60,339 bases of DNA from Candidatus Kuenenbacteria bacterium (GCA_012797775.1 JAAZOM010000023.1:1-60339); one strand, 5' to 3'. Shown: positions 44,469 to 53,035, counted from the stretch's first letter. Made by a program: numbers and translations. The notes: a model not told the origin generated them from the sequence alone.

Positions 44469-45266
44469 ATGGTAGATAATAAAAAAATTGGTCTGGCTCT
44501 CGGTTCTGGCGGCGCCCGCGGCCTCGCCCACATCGGCGTGATCAAAGTTTTGGAACAAAATAATATTCCTATTGATTTTATCGCCGGCACCAGCATGGGG
44601 GCGATCATTGGTGGTGTTTATGCCAGCCACAAGAATATTAAATTAATTGAAGACTCTTTTTTGGCCACCGACTGGAAAAGGTATATCAAGCTAACCAGTG
44701 ATTTATCTATTTTTTCCGGTGGTCTAGTGGCCGGCGAAAAAATCAAAAATTTTATTCAATCGGAGCTAGAGTGTGCTAAAGAATTTTCTGATTTAAAAAT
44801 TCCTTTTGCTGCCGTGGCTACCAATATGGAAAATGGCGAACCAGTTACTTTCCGGACCGGCAGCTTGGCTGATGCTATCCGCGCCAGCCTTTCTTTTCCT
44901 GGTGTCTTGTCGCCGGCGGAAATCAACGGGCAATTTTTTATTGATGGCGGCGCAGTCAACCCCGTACCGGTTGAGGCTGTCAAAAAAATGGGCGCTGATA
45001 TTATTATTGCTGTGAATCTGGAAGAAAGGGGTGGTAGTTATTTACATCCAGACAAAGGTAGTAAAAAATTATCCAACAACCTTTACAGTGCCGTACGCAT
45101 TATGCAAAGAAAGCTAGCCAACTATTGTTGTGTTGGAGCTAGCATCGTTATTAGCCCAGCCGTTGATAAGTATAATTGGATTCAATTTATGGAGGCCAAA
45201 GATATTATTTCTGCCGGTGAAAAATCAACTGTTCAGGCCCTAGAAAAAATAAAATCTCTGCTATAA
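44469..45266 (+). CDS. Patatin-like phospholipase
   Basis: GSGGARG oxyanion loop, GTSMGA (GxSxG) and the DGG catalytic Asp motif. Confidence 0.85.
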   Translation: MVDNKKIGLALGSGGARGLAHIGVIKVLEQNNIPIDFIAGTSMGAIIGGVYASHKNIKLIEDSFLATDWKRYIKLTSDLSIFSGGLVAGEKIKNFIQSELECAKEFSDLKIPFAAVATNMENGEPVTFRTGSLADAIRASLSFPGVLSPAEINGQFFIDGGAVNPVPVEAVKKMGADIIIAVNLEERGGSYLHPDKGSKKLSNNLYSAVRIMQRKLANYCCVGASIVISPAVDKYNWIQFMEAKDIISAGEKSTVQALEKIKSLL

Positions 45267-45278
45267 TTTTATTATTAA

Positions 45279-45310
45279 ATACGCCCCGATATCTATCGGG
45301 GCGTATTTTT
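45279..45310 (+). terminator. Strong rho-independent terminator
   Basis: ATACGCCCCGAT-ATCT-ATCGGGGCGTAT (12-bp stem) followed by TTTTT. Confidence 0.8.
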
Positions 45311-45343
45311 GACATTAATTCCCAAATAAAGGATAATTAAAAT

Positions 45344-46555
45344 ATGGATATTCCCTCACAAAAAACTACCAAAGTTTTAGTTTTTTCTCTTACTTATTTA
45401 CCCTTTATCGGCGGGGCAGAAATTGCCCTGAAAGAAATTACTGACCATCTAGAAAATTTTGAATTTCATCTAATTACGGCTAAAATTAGCCCAGATTTAG
45501 CATCAGAAGAAAAAATAGGCAATATTCATATCAGAAGGCTTGGTCATGGGGGCAAGTTAGATAAATATTTATATCCGCTGCGTGCTTATTCGCTGGCGCA
45601 CAAACTACACTCCCAATATAATTACAATTTAATCTGGGCCATGCTGGAAACCTGGGGTGGTATTGCCGCTCTGTTTTTTAAATTTCGTTTCCCAAAAATA
45701 AAATATCTGCTCACCATGCAGAGTGGTGATTCAGATTGGTTTATCAGGTTGCGGACTTGGTTTTGGTGGCCGCTTTATAAAATGGTTTACACCCGCTCTG
45801 ATCATATCCAAGTTATCAGTAGCTGGCTCGCCAATCGCGCCAGAAAATATGGGTATAAAAAAGAAATTAGCATCGTGCCAAATGGGGTGGATTTAGAAAA
45901 ATTTAAAACTCCTACCGCGCCGGCCCGCTTCAACGCGAGGCGAGCAGGCGAGCAAAATTCAAAATTAAAAATTAAAGAAGAACTAAGTATTAAGCCAGAA
46001 GATAAGATTATTCTCACTGACTCTCGTCTCGTCGTCAAAAATGGTGTCGCTGACCTGATAAAGTCATTCCACTTACTAGTTACTAGTTACAAGTTACCAG
46101 TTACTTTGTTTATCCTTGGTTCCGGTCCCCTAGAAAAACAATTAAAACAATTGGCTACTCAGCTGGGTGTTCAAGATAAAATAATTTTTCTAGGCACTGT
46201 ACCTTATGAAAAGATCGAAGATTATTACCAAGTCGCCGATGTTTTTGTGCGCCCTTCTTTGACCGAGGGTTTCGGCAATGTTTTTGTCCAAGCCATGGCT
46301 GCTGGACTACCGGTGGTGGCCACTCCGGTCGGCGGTATTATTGATTTTCTCAAAGAAGGAGAGACAGGCTGGCTGTGCCAAGTAAAAAAACCAGAGAGTA
46401 TTGCAGAAAAAATAAAATATATTTTAGATGAGCGCAACCAGGCTGAAGTTGAGCGAGTTGTTGTTGGCGCTCAAAAAATGGTGGCGGAAAAATATAGCTG
46501 GGATTCAGTCTCTGACCAGATGAAAGCTATATTTAATTCTCTAATTAATACATGA
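45344..46555 (+). CDS. Glycosyltransferase family 4 (GT-B)
   Basis: EGFGNVFVQAMAAGLPVVATPVGG motif. It overlaps the next gene by 4 nt. Confidence 0.8.
   Translation: MDIPSQKTTKVLVFSLTYLPFIGGAEIALKEITDHLENFEFHLITAKISPDLASEEKIGNIHIRRLGHGGKLDKYLYPLRAYSLAHKLHSQYNYNLIWAMLETWGGIAALFFKFRFPKIKYLLTMQSGDSDWFIRLRTWFWWPLYKMVYTRSDHIQVISSWLANRARKYGYKKEISIVPNGVDLEKFKTPTAPARFNARRAGEQNSKLKIKEELSIKPEDKIILTDSRLVVKNGVADLIKSFHLLVTSYKLPVTLFILGSGPLEKQLKQLATQLGVQDKIIFLGTVPYEKIEDYYQVADVFVRPSLTEGFGNVFVQAMAAGLPVVATPVGGIIDFLKEGETGWLCQVKKPESIAEKIKYILDERNQAEVERVVVGAQKMVAEKYSWDSVSDQMKAIFNSLINT
45909..45979. repeat. GC-core plus heptamer element embedded in frame in the GT4 gene
   Basis: CTCCTACCGCGCCGGC matches 40982-40997 at 14 of 16 positions. 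AGGCGAGCAAAAT resembles 40998-41010. It continues TCAAAAT TAAAAAT TAAAGAA. Confidence 0.6.
46073..46107. repeat. In-frame heptamer array inside the second GT4 gene
   Basis: TTACTAG TTACTAG TTACAAG TTACCAG TTACTTT, encoding LLVTSYKLPVT. Confidence 0.6.
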
Positions 46556-48138
46556 TTCAAATAATCAAAAAATTAATTAATAAAAATTCTCGTTTCATCA
46601 GATACTGTATTGGTGGTGGTTTTGCTTTTTTGGTAGACTTATCTCTTTTGTATATTTTGACTGAATATGTGAGGCTCTGGTATCTCTATTCGGCCACTCT
46701 CTCTTTTGTGGTTACGGCCATGGTCAACTATACTATTCAGAAATATTGGACCTTTAAAAATTCAGAACGCAAAATTGGCCAGCAATTTTTGTCCTTCCTT
46801 ATCATTCAAGTTATTGGTCTCCTGCTCAACAATCTGACCCTCTATATCTTTGTGGAATTTGTTGGCCTCTGGTATATGCTCGCCAAGATTTTGGCCGCTG
46901 GCCTAGTTTTAATTTGGAATTATTGGGCTGGCAAGAAGTTTGTTTTCAAGGCCGATGCCGTCGACATCGTGCTGGCTGGCGAAATATTCCCACCGGAAAT
47001 CGGCGGTCCCGCTACTTATACCTATCGTTTGGCCGAATATTTTTTAGCTCATCATATCAACTTTGTTGTACTCTATTATTCATACCTTAAAAACAAAAAA
47101 AATAATGGAGACTTGGAAAAATTTCTTATTAGGATCAATGGCTGGTTACCCATTCCTATCAAGTATTTTATTTACTTTTTGAGGTTGTTTTCGCGCTCTA
47201 TTCATGCTAAAGTTATTTATGCGCAGGGGCCGGTTGCTTCTGGTTGGCCCGCCCTTATGGTTAGCAAGCTTTTGGGCAAAAAACTAGTTGTCAAAGTGGT
47301 AGGCGATTATGCTTGGGAGCAAGCGAGACTGGCCCACGTCACCGTCTCTGGCATTGATGATTGGCAGAAAAAAGCGGATATGTGCTCAAAAAATTATTTC
47401 TTCAAACAAAAAATAAAAACCCTAAATAATATCGAACGTTTGGTGGTTAGGCACGCCACAGCAGTTATTGTCCCATCGGACTATCTAAAAAAAATTGTTT
47501 TGGGTTGGGGGGCTGACGAGAGCAACGTAAAAGTTATCTACAACTCTGTCGCCCTGAAAAATCTTGGTACGCTATCAAAGGCTGAAGCCCAAGAGAAGAT
47601 AAAAATTTTTGGTGATCTTATTATTACCGTAGCTCGCCTCTTGCCCTGGAAAGGCATGGAGATGCTCATCAAGATAATGCCAGAATTATTAAAACTAAAC
47701 CCCAAATTCAAACTATTGATAGCGGGTAGAGGTCCAGAAGAGGATAGGCTAAAAAAAATAGTTGAGGCATTAAAAATAAAAGACAAAGTTTTTTTCTTGG
47801 GCAATCTCCGGCAAGAAGATCTGGCTATACACTATCTGGCCTCGTCTATTTTTTTACTCAACTCCGGCTATGAGGGGTTGTCACACGCCATCCTGGACGC
47901 CATGTATTATAATTTGCCCATAATTGTAAGTGATATTGGCGGCAACCCCGAGCTTATTCAAGATGATTATAATGGTCTTTTGGTAGAGTATAATAATGCC
48001 TCGGAGTGGATAAAAGCGATTGAAAAAATTTGGGGAAACGAAAGACTCCGTTTGCGCCTATCCGCCAACCCACTATCCAAGTTAGACGTCTTCAGTTTTG
48101 ACAGCATGATGCGAGAAACATTAAAAATACTTAATTAA
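46552..48138 (+). CDS. GtrA-like membrane domain fused to a GT4 glycosyltransferase
   Basis: The N-terminal about 130 aa have four TM helices of GtrA type (RYCIGGGFAFLVDL). The C-terminal part is GT-B with EGLSHAILDAMYYNLPIIVSD. Confidence 0.75.
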   Translation: MIQIIKKLINKNSRFIRYCIGGGFAFLVDLSLLYILTEYVRLWYLYSATLSFVVTAMVNYTIQKYWTFKNSERKIGQQFLSFLIIQVIGLLLNNLTLYIFVEFVGLWYMLAKILAAGLVLIWNYWAGKKFVFKADAVDIVLAGEIFPPEIGGPATYTYRLAEYFLAHHINFVVLYYSYLKNKKNNGDLEKFLIRINGWLPIPIKYFIYFLRLFSRSIHAKVIYAQGPVASGWPALMVSKLLGKKLVVKVVGDYAWEQARLAHVTVSGIDDWQKKADMCSKNYFFKQKIKTLNNIERLVVRHATAVIVPSDYLKKIVLGWGADESNVKVIYNSVALKNLGTLSKAEAQEKIKIFGDLIITVARLLPWKGMEMLIKIMPELLKLNPKFKLLIAGRGPEEDRLKKIVEALKIKDKVFFLGNLRQEDLAIHYLASSIFLLNSGYEGLSHAILDAMYYNLPIIVSDIGGNPELIQDDYNGLLVEYNNASEWIKAIEKIWGNERLRLRLSANPLSKLDVFSFDSMMRETLKILN

Positions 48139-48163
48139 ATTAATAAATTATTGTAAAAATTTT

Positions 48164-49759
48164 ATGCCCGCCAATATATCCAATGCCGTAGAAAATTGGC
48201 TTTTAAATTACAAAGATATTATCGAAGAAAAAGGAAAGTCAGACTATCATGGCCCCAAGATTAGCGTGAGCGATGCGGCCAGTAAGCTCGCCTTTATTTA
48301 TGAGAAGATTAGAAATACTGTTGATTATCGCGATGATCATCTTTTGCGTCGACACGCTACCGCCCGCATTCTCAGGAGAATAGCCAACCCAGGCCACAAG
48401 GGTTCAGACATTGCCAGGCCGCTAATTGAAGAGTTGATCCGGGCCAGGTATCTTGCCAACAATACTGTGTCTGAGAACATGGTAGAGAAGGTCAGCCACC
48501 TTATTAATAGATATATTATTGCCTATAATATCATCGTTGACAGCGAGTACCCACCCAAAGAGATGAGGGGTTTTTTTGATTGGCTGATAAGTCTGGCCGC
48601 TTGTGAAGTAGAGGAGACGCTTGTCCCGAGCGATGAAGAAAAAATTTTAGTTGAGGTGACCGAAAGAGCCATCAAGCAAAATTTGGTTTTTGATGGAAAA
48701 TTAAATCTAGACGAAGAGGGCAAAAATATTCAAATTTATATCGCCATTTTAAAATCTCTGCTCAAGGCCGACGAGATGACTGTCAATTATTTTCTTTTTA
48801 AATATTATTTTCCCGATTGGCACAATCTAGAATTGGCCGAAGCCGAGAAGCTGGCCCACGACGTAAAGCGTACCTCGGGTATTATTCGTGAAAACATCAA
48901 CAACCCACTAAACGAAAGATTAATCCGCTCCTTTAAAAAGTACACTGTTATTTTTTGGATTTTGCAAGACATTGTTAAAAACAACCCAGACAACTATCTT
49001 TCTATTTTTGCCAAAAAAGAAAAATTAATAGACAAGGTCGAACAGACCTGCCGTGCTAATTATAGCCACATCAGCGGCAAGGTGAGACGCTCAATTGTTC
49101 GTTCTGTTATTTATATCTTCTGTACTAAAATTATTTTTGGCATCGTTTTGGAGTTTCCCTTTGATTATTTTATTTTAAAGGAATTGCGCTGGCTGCCGCT
49201 CATAATCAACGCCTCCTTTCCACCCCTTTTGATGGCCGCCATTGGCATAAGCATCAGAACACCAGGCAAAAAAAATACAGAAAGAATAGTCAAAGAAGTT
49301 GAGTCCGTTGTTTACGGCGGTGGGAGCGAATTGCGTGTCAGGATAAATCGCCCCAAACGTGGTTTTGCCAATATCCTCCTCAACACCCTTTATTTCATAA
49401 TGTATATTATTTCTTTTGGGGCTATTATTTATGGGTTGGTGCAGCTTCATTTTAGCGTCCCAAGCATTTTGATATTTTTGCTATTTCTTACTATGGTTAG
49501 TTTTTTCTCCCTAAGGATTCGTCGCAACGCTTCAGAATTAATTATCTTGGAACAAAAAGAGCGCTTCCTCACGGTGATCACTGCTTTCCTTTTTGTCCCG
49601 ATCTTACGCGTGGGCCGCTGGATCGCCATGCATTCCTCAAAGATAAATGTTTTCATCTTCATTTTGGATTTTATTATTGAAGCTCCCTTCAAGATATTCG
49701 TACGCATTTTTGAGGATTTGGTTATCTTCATAAAAGAAAAACGCGACGAGATGCTCTAA
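48164..49759 (+). CDS. Hypothetical 531-aa protein (about 300-aa soluble N-terminal domain plus a C-terminal multi-TM domain)
   Basis: Long ORF in the envelope locus with several C-terminal hydrophobic helices. No motif recognised. Confidence 0.6.
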   Translation: MPANISNAVENWLLNYKDIIEEKGKSDYHGPKISVSDAASKLAFIYEKIRNTVDYRDDHLLRRHATARILRRIANPGHKGSDIARPLIEELIRARYLANNTVSENMVEKVSHLINRYIIAYNIIVDSEYPPKEMRGFFDWLISLAACEVEETLVPSDEEKILVEVTERAIKQNLVFDGKLNLDEEGKNIQIYIAILKSLLKADEMTVNYFLFKYYFPDWHNLELAEAEKLAHDVKRTSGIIRENINNPLNERLIRSFKKYTVIFWILQDIVKNNPDNYLSIFAKKEKLIDKVEQTCRANYSHISGKVRRSIVRSVIYIFCTKIIFGIVLEFPFDYFILKELRWLPLIINASFPPLLMAAIGISIRTPGKKNTERIVKEVESVVYGGGSELRVRINRPKRGFANILLNTLYFIMYIISFGAIIYGLVQLHFSVPSILIFLLFLTMVSFFSLRIRRNASELIILEQKERFLTVITAFLFVPILRVGRWIAMHSSKINVFIFILDFIIEAPFKIFVRIFEDLVIFIKEKRDEML

Positions 49760-49769
49760 TCGTTTTTTT

Positions 49770-51038
49770 ATGAAAAAAATAATTCAATTTATTTTAAAAT
49801 TTTTTTGTCGCCTGATTTTAAAAAAATATCAGCCAGAAATTATTGGCATTACCGGTAGTGTGGGTAAGACTTCAGCCAAGCTGGCCGTCGAAGTGGTTTT
49901 GTCACCGAGTTTTATTGTTCGCTCCAGCCCCAAAAATTATAATACCGAGATTGGCGTCCCCCTTACTATTATCAACACCAAAAATCCCGGCCGTTCTCTT
50001 TTTGGCTGGCTCGTTGTTTTTCTAAAAGCCTTGTCCTTGATTGTTGCTCGCGACAGAAATTATCCACAAATATTAATCTTGGAAATGGCCGCCGACCACC
50101 CAGGTGATATCGAATACCTTGTTAATTTGGCTAGGCCAAAAATCGGCGTGATTACCGCTGTCGGTCCGACCCATCTGGAATTTTTTAAAAGTGTGGAAAA
50201 TGTTTTTAAAGAAAAAAACAAACTTATTGCCGCAATCGATAAATCTGGCTGGGCCATTATCAATAGCGACGATCCTCTGGCTCTAAATTCCAAAAACAGC
50301 GCCAAGGCCAAAACTATCACCTTTGGACTGAGCCCCGGCGCTGATCTGCTCGCTGCCGACATTATCCTAGATAAAGAAAAATATTCGCTTAATTTCAAGC
50401 TGGGTTATCGGGGTTCTTTCGTTCCAGTCAGTCTGGAAAACATTCTTGGTCGTCCAGCTCTTTATGCTGTTTTGGCCGGAGCTGCGGTAGGTCTAGCTCG
50501 TGGTTTGAACCTAGTAGAGATCAGCCTGTGCCTGAAAAATTATCAATCCCCATCTGGCCGTCTAAAAATTATACCCGGTATAAAAAACACCAAAATTATT
50601 GATGATACCTACAACTCTTCCCCCTTGTCAGTCAAAGCTGGTCTGGAGGTCTTGTCACACCTTCGGTGTGCCGGCCATAAATTTGCCGTATTGGGGGACA
50701 TGTTAGAGCTCGGCAGTCATACCGAAAGCGCGCATAAAGAAATAGGTGAAGAGGTCGCCCGTCTCGGACTTGATTATCTGGTAGCTGTGGGAGAAAATTC
50801 ACGTCACCTCGCCGCCTCAGCCAAAGAATATGGCATGAACGAAGACCGCATTTATACTTTTGACAAATCTAGTGAAGCTGGTAAATTTATACAAGACAAA
50901 ATAGGAGAAGGGGATTTGCTTTTAATCAAGGGTTCGCAGGGTAGTCGCATGGAGAAAATTGTCAAGGAAATCATGGCCGAGCCAGAGCGGGCAGCAGAGT
51001 TGCTTGTTCGTCAGGGTGAAGAGTGGGAGAGAAGATAA
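49770..51038 (+). CDS. murF: Mur ligase, MurF-like (UDP-MurNAc-tripeptide--D-Ala-D-Ala ligase)
   Basis: GITGSVGKTS P-loop, DDTYNSSP, and Mur ligase middle and C-terminal domains. Confidence 0.75.
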   Translation: MKKIIQFILKFFCRLILKKYQPEIIGITGSVGKTSAKLAVEVVLSPSFIVRSSPKNYNTEIGVPLTIINTKNPGRSLFGWLVVFLKALSLIVARDRNYPQILILEMAADHPGDIEYLVNLARPKIGVITAVGPTHLEFFKSVENVFKEKNKLIAAIDKSGWAIINSDDPLALNSKNSAKAKTITFGLSPGADLLAADIILDKEKYSLNFKLGYRGSFVPVSLENILGRPALYAVLAGAAVGLARGLNLVEISLCLKNYQSPSGRLKIIPGIKNTKIIDDTYNSSPLSVKAGLEVLSHLRCAGHKFAVLGDMLELGSHTESAHKEIGEEVARLGLDYLVAVGENSRHLAASAKEYGMNEDRIYTFDKSSEAGKFIQDKIGEGDLLLIKGSQGSRMEKIVKEIMAEPERAAELLVRQGEEWERR

Positions 51039-51160
51039 TTCTGAAATTTTTAATTTTCAATTTTCAAACAATTTTCAATACTCCAATTCTTCAATTAATT
51101 GAGACATTAAGAAATTGTAACATTCATTGAAAATTGAAAATTCAGTAATTGAAAATTAAC
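51039..51160. repeat. Inverted heptamer-array element (long AT-rich hairpin)
   Basis: The left arm (AATTTTC-type units) and right arm (GAAAATT-type units) are complementary. It shares an exact 17-mer with 57880-57896 and a 14-mer with 1-14. Confidence 0.65.
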
Positions 51161-51164
51161 TCAA

Positions 51165-51239
51165 GCCGCTATCGTCTAACGGTTAGGACGCCAGGTTCTC
51201 ATCCTGGTAATCGGGGTTCGATTCCCCGTAGCGGTACCA
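51165..51239 (+). tRNA. tRNA-Glu (anticodon CUC), CCA encoded
   Basis: GCCGCTA/TAGCGGT acceptor, D-arm GTCT-AACGGTTA-GGAC, anticodon loop TTCTCAT, T-arm GGGGG-TTCGATT-CCCCG, then ACCA. Confidence 0.92.
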
Positions 51240-51355
51240 ATACACATTTTAATTTTTAATTGCACCCATTTCTCTTGAATCGTTTTGCGTTTGCAGGGGA
51301 TCTGGCAATCAACAGTCAAAGAATAGAAGTGACCTCGGAGAGGTTTTTTATTTTG

Positions 51356-51391
51356 TCAAAAATAAAGCCGCTCACATTACCGTGGCGGCTT
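51356..51391 (-). terminator. Terminator of the carrier-protein-like gene
   Basis: AAGCCGC...GCGGCTT hairpin, followed on the minus strand by a T-rich run. Confidence 0.5.
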
Positions 51392-51415
51392 TTGACTAGT
51401 AGTTTTTTGGCGCGC

Positions 51416-51721
51416 TTATTTGTCGCTAAATACGGCGACAATTTTTTCCGCTACTACCCTGAGGGTCATTCCCGGGTTATCTTTTAGGATTCCGGCCAAC
51501 CCCTGATTTATAAAATCAACCCCGGGTAATGTTTTCTCAATGAACATTTCAAGCTCGATGACATCCAGGGAGTCGAGCTCAAACTCATCTTCTAAGTCGC
51601 CGACGGTTATTTGCCCGGCCTTTATTCTCCTGAAGAGGTCATTAGTGCCTACTTTCTGGTCGGTTATATTCTTGATCCCCACAACCATGGCGCGGATTAC
51701 TTGCCTTAATTTTAGTTTCAT
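51416..51721 (-). CDS. Acyl/peptidyl carrier protein-like protein (PP-binding motif)
   Basis: ELDSLDVIELEMFIEK matches the DSLD..ELvM..E phosphopantetheine-attachment helix of ACPs. GGAGG lies just upstream. GC-richer. Confidence 0.6.
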   Translation of the reverse strand: MKLKLRQVIRAMVVGIKNITDQKVGTNDLFRRIKAGQITVGDLEDEFELDSLDVIELEMFIEKTLPGVDFINQGLAGILKDNPGMTLRVVAEKIVAVFSDK

Positions 51722-51813
51722 CACACCCTCCTTTGTTGCGAACCCTGTTTCTTGTTGTTGTTTTCCTTTGTTTTTATAATTATTTAAGGGTATAATATCT
51801 TTTTGGTCTTGTC

Positions 51814-51841
51814 AAAAACCACCCAGCAGGGTGGTTTTTTG
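51814..51841. terminator. Bidirectional terminator
   Basis: AAAAA-CCACCC-AGCA-GGGTGG-TTTTTT. Confidence 0.7.
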
Positions 51842-51859
51842 TTTATTATTTATTCTTGC

Positions 51860-53035
51860 TTACTTCACCATCAATAAATTCGGGCTAAAGATCATTATCG
51901 CCCCCAAAATGAATAAGAGCAGTCCGCCGATCAGATGTGAGTATTTGGCGTATTTTTTATTGCCCACAAACAGCTTCCAGCTAAAGCCGGCAATCAAAAG
52001 CACCACGATATCGTCGAGCATGTAGAAAAAGTCGTATATCAAAAGATACAGATAGCGCCCGCCAGAGGAGATATTATTTTGTGAGAGGATCTGCGTATAG
52101 ACCGCCGGGATGCCGGCTGAGCACAAGAGCTCTATCAGATTGATGCTAAAGGCGATGAGTGTAATACCCGCGATGATACCCAGAGTTTTTTCTTTTTGTA
52201 AAATTTTTTCCAGCCGGCTGATGATTTTACTTTTTGTCTCTGTGGAAGTCACTTCACAAGTCAAGTCGTTTTTTTTGCGATTTTTTAGATAATCGCGGAA
52301 AAAATAAATCCCCACCCCGATTGCCAGTATGCCAATAATTATTCTAATGGCGACGATATAGCCGATGACGAGAAAAGTATTCAGCCAGGCTGTTAAAAAC
52401 AGGAAATAAGATATTGAAGAAGCAATGATGTATGTCCAGCCCACCAGCCACATTTTTTTCTTACTGCCGGAATTTATGAGCAGGGTGATCAAAACCAAAA
52501 GTGCCCACATCGAGCAGGGATTAAATCCGTCTACTGCGCCAAGCACTATTGTCAAGACAGGCAGTGATAGTTTTTGAATATCTACCTCACCGATGAGCGG
52601 TAGATGGTATTTATTTTCTTTTGTCTTTTGGCCTGGCATTTCCGCAGTAGTCCTGCCAGTATAGATATCCAGCGCTTTTATGATCTGTTGGCCGGTCGTA
52701 TTTTCATTGCCAAAGCCATAGATTATTTTTTCTCCGATGATCGTCACTGGTACACTGCCAAAAGCTTTACCTGTTCTTTCGCGGGTCATTTTCAAAAGCA
52801 GAGCCTGGTTATCAGTATTTTTCCATGTTTCATACGAGATCCAGTCAATCTCTGGATAATTGTCTTTTATTGTCTCCCAAAAAATCTGTTCCTCGTGGCA
52901 ATGCGGACAGCCATCACCCCAGAAAAAATAAACCGGCAATTTTTCTTGCGCCCCGGCTTTATCAATATTAAAAAACATCGCCGCTCCAGCGATTATTATT
53001 ACCAACAGAATAAGTAGTATTATTTTGGGCTTCAT
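51860..53035 (-). CDS. Thioredoxin-fold domain fused to a DsbD/CcdA-like membrane thiol-disulfide transporter
   Basis: Signal anchor, CPHC redox motif, and a C-terminal multi-TM part with GFNPCSMW. ATG 53035 is preferred. Confidence 0.7.
   Translation of the reverse strand: MKPKIILLILLVIIIAGAAMFFNIDKAGAQEKLPVYFFWGDGCPHCHEEQIFWETIKDNYPEIDWISYETWKNTDNQALLLKMTRERTGKAFGSVPVTIIGEKIIYGFGNENTTGQQIIKALDIYTGRTTAEMPGQKTKENKYHLPLIGEVDIQKLSLPVLTIVLGAVDGFNPCSMWALLVLITLLINSGSKKKMWLVGWTYIIASSISYFLFLTAWLNTFLVIGYIVAIRIIIGILAIGVGIYFFRDYLKNRKKNDLTCEVTSTETKSKIISRLEKILQKEKTLGIIAGITLIAFSINLIELLCSAGIPAVYTQILSQNNISSGGRYLYLLIYDFFYMLDDIVVLLIAGFSWKLFVGNKKYAKYSHLIGGLLLFILGAIMIFSPNLLMVK

Noticed and set aside
51260-51487. 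75-aa plus-strand ORF downstream of tRNA-Glu
   Set aside because: It spans two terminator hairpins and is antisense to the 3' end of the carrier-protein-like gene. It has no start signals.
51768-51796. Plus-strand TTGTTT-17-TATAAT promoter-like sequence between the carrier-protein-like gene and the thiol-disulfide gene
   Set aside because: It would give only a roughly 40-nt transcript ending at the bidirectional terminator (51814-51841). It lies in the AT-rich upstream region of the minus-strand carrier-protein-like gene, where a TTGACA is seen on the minus strand. It is probably fortuitous.
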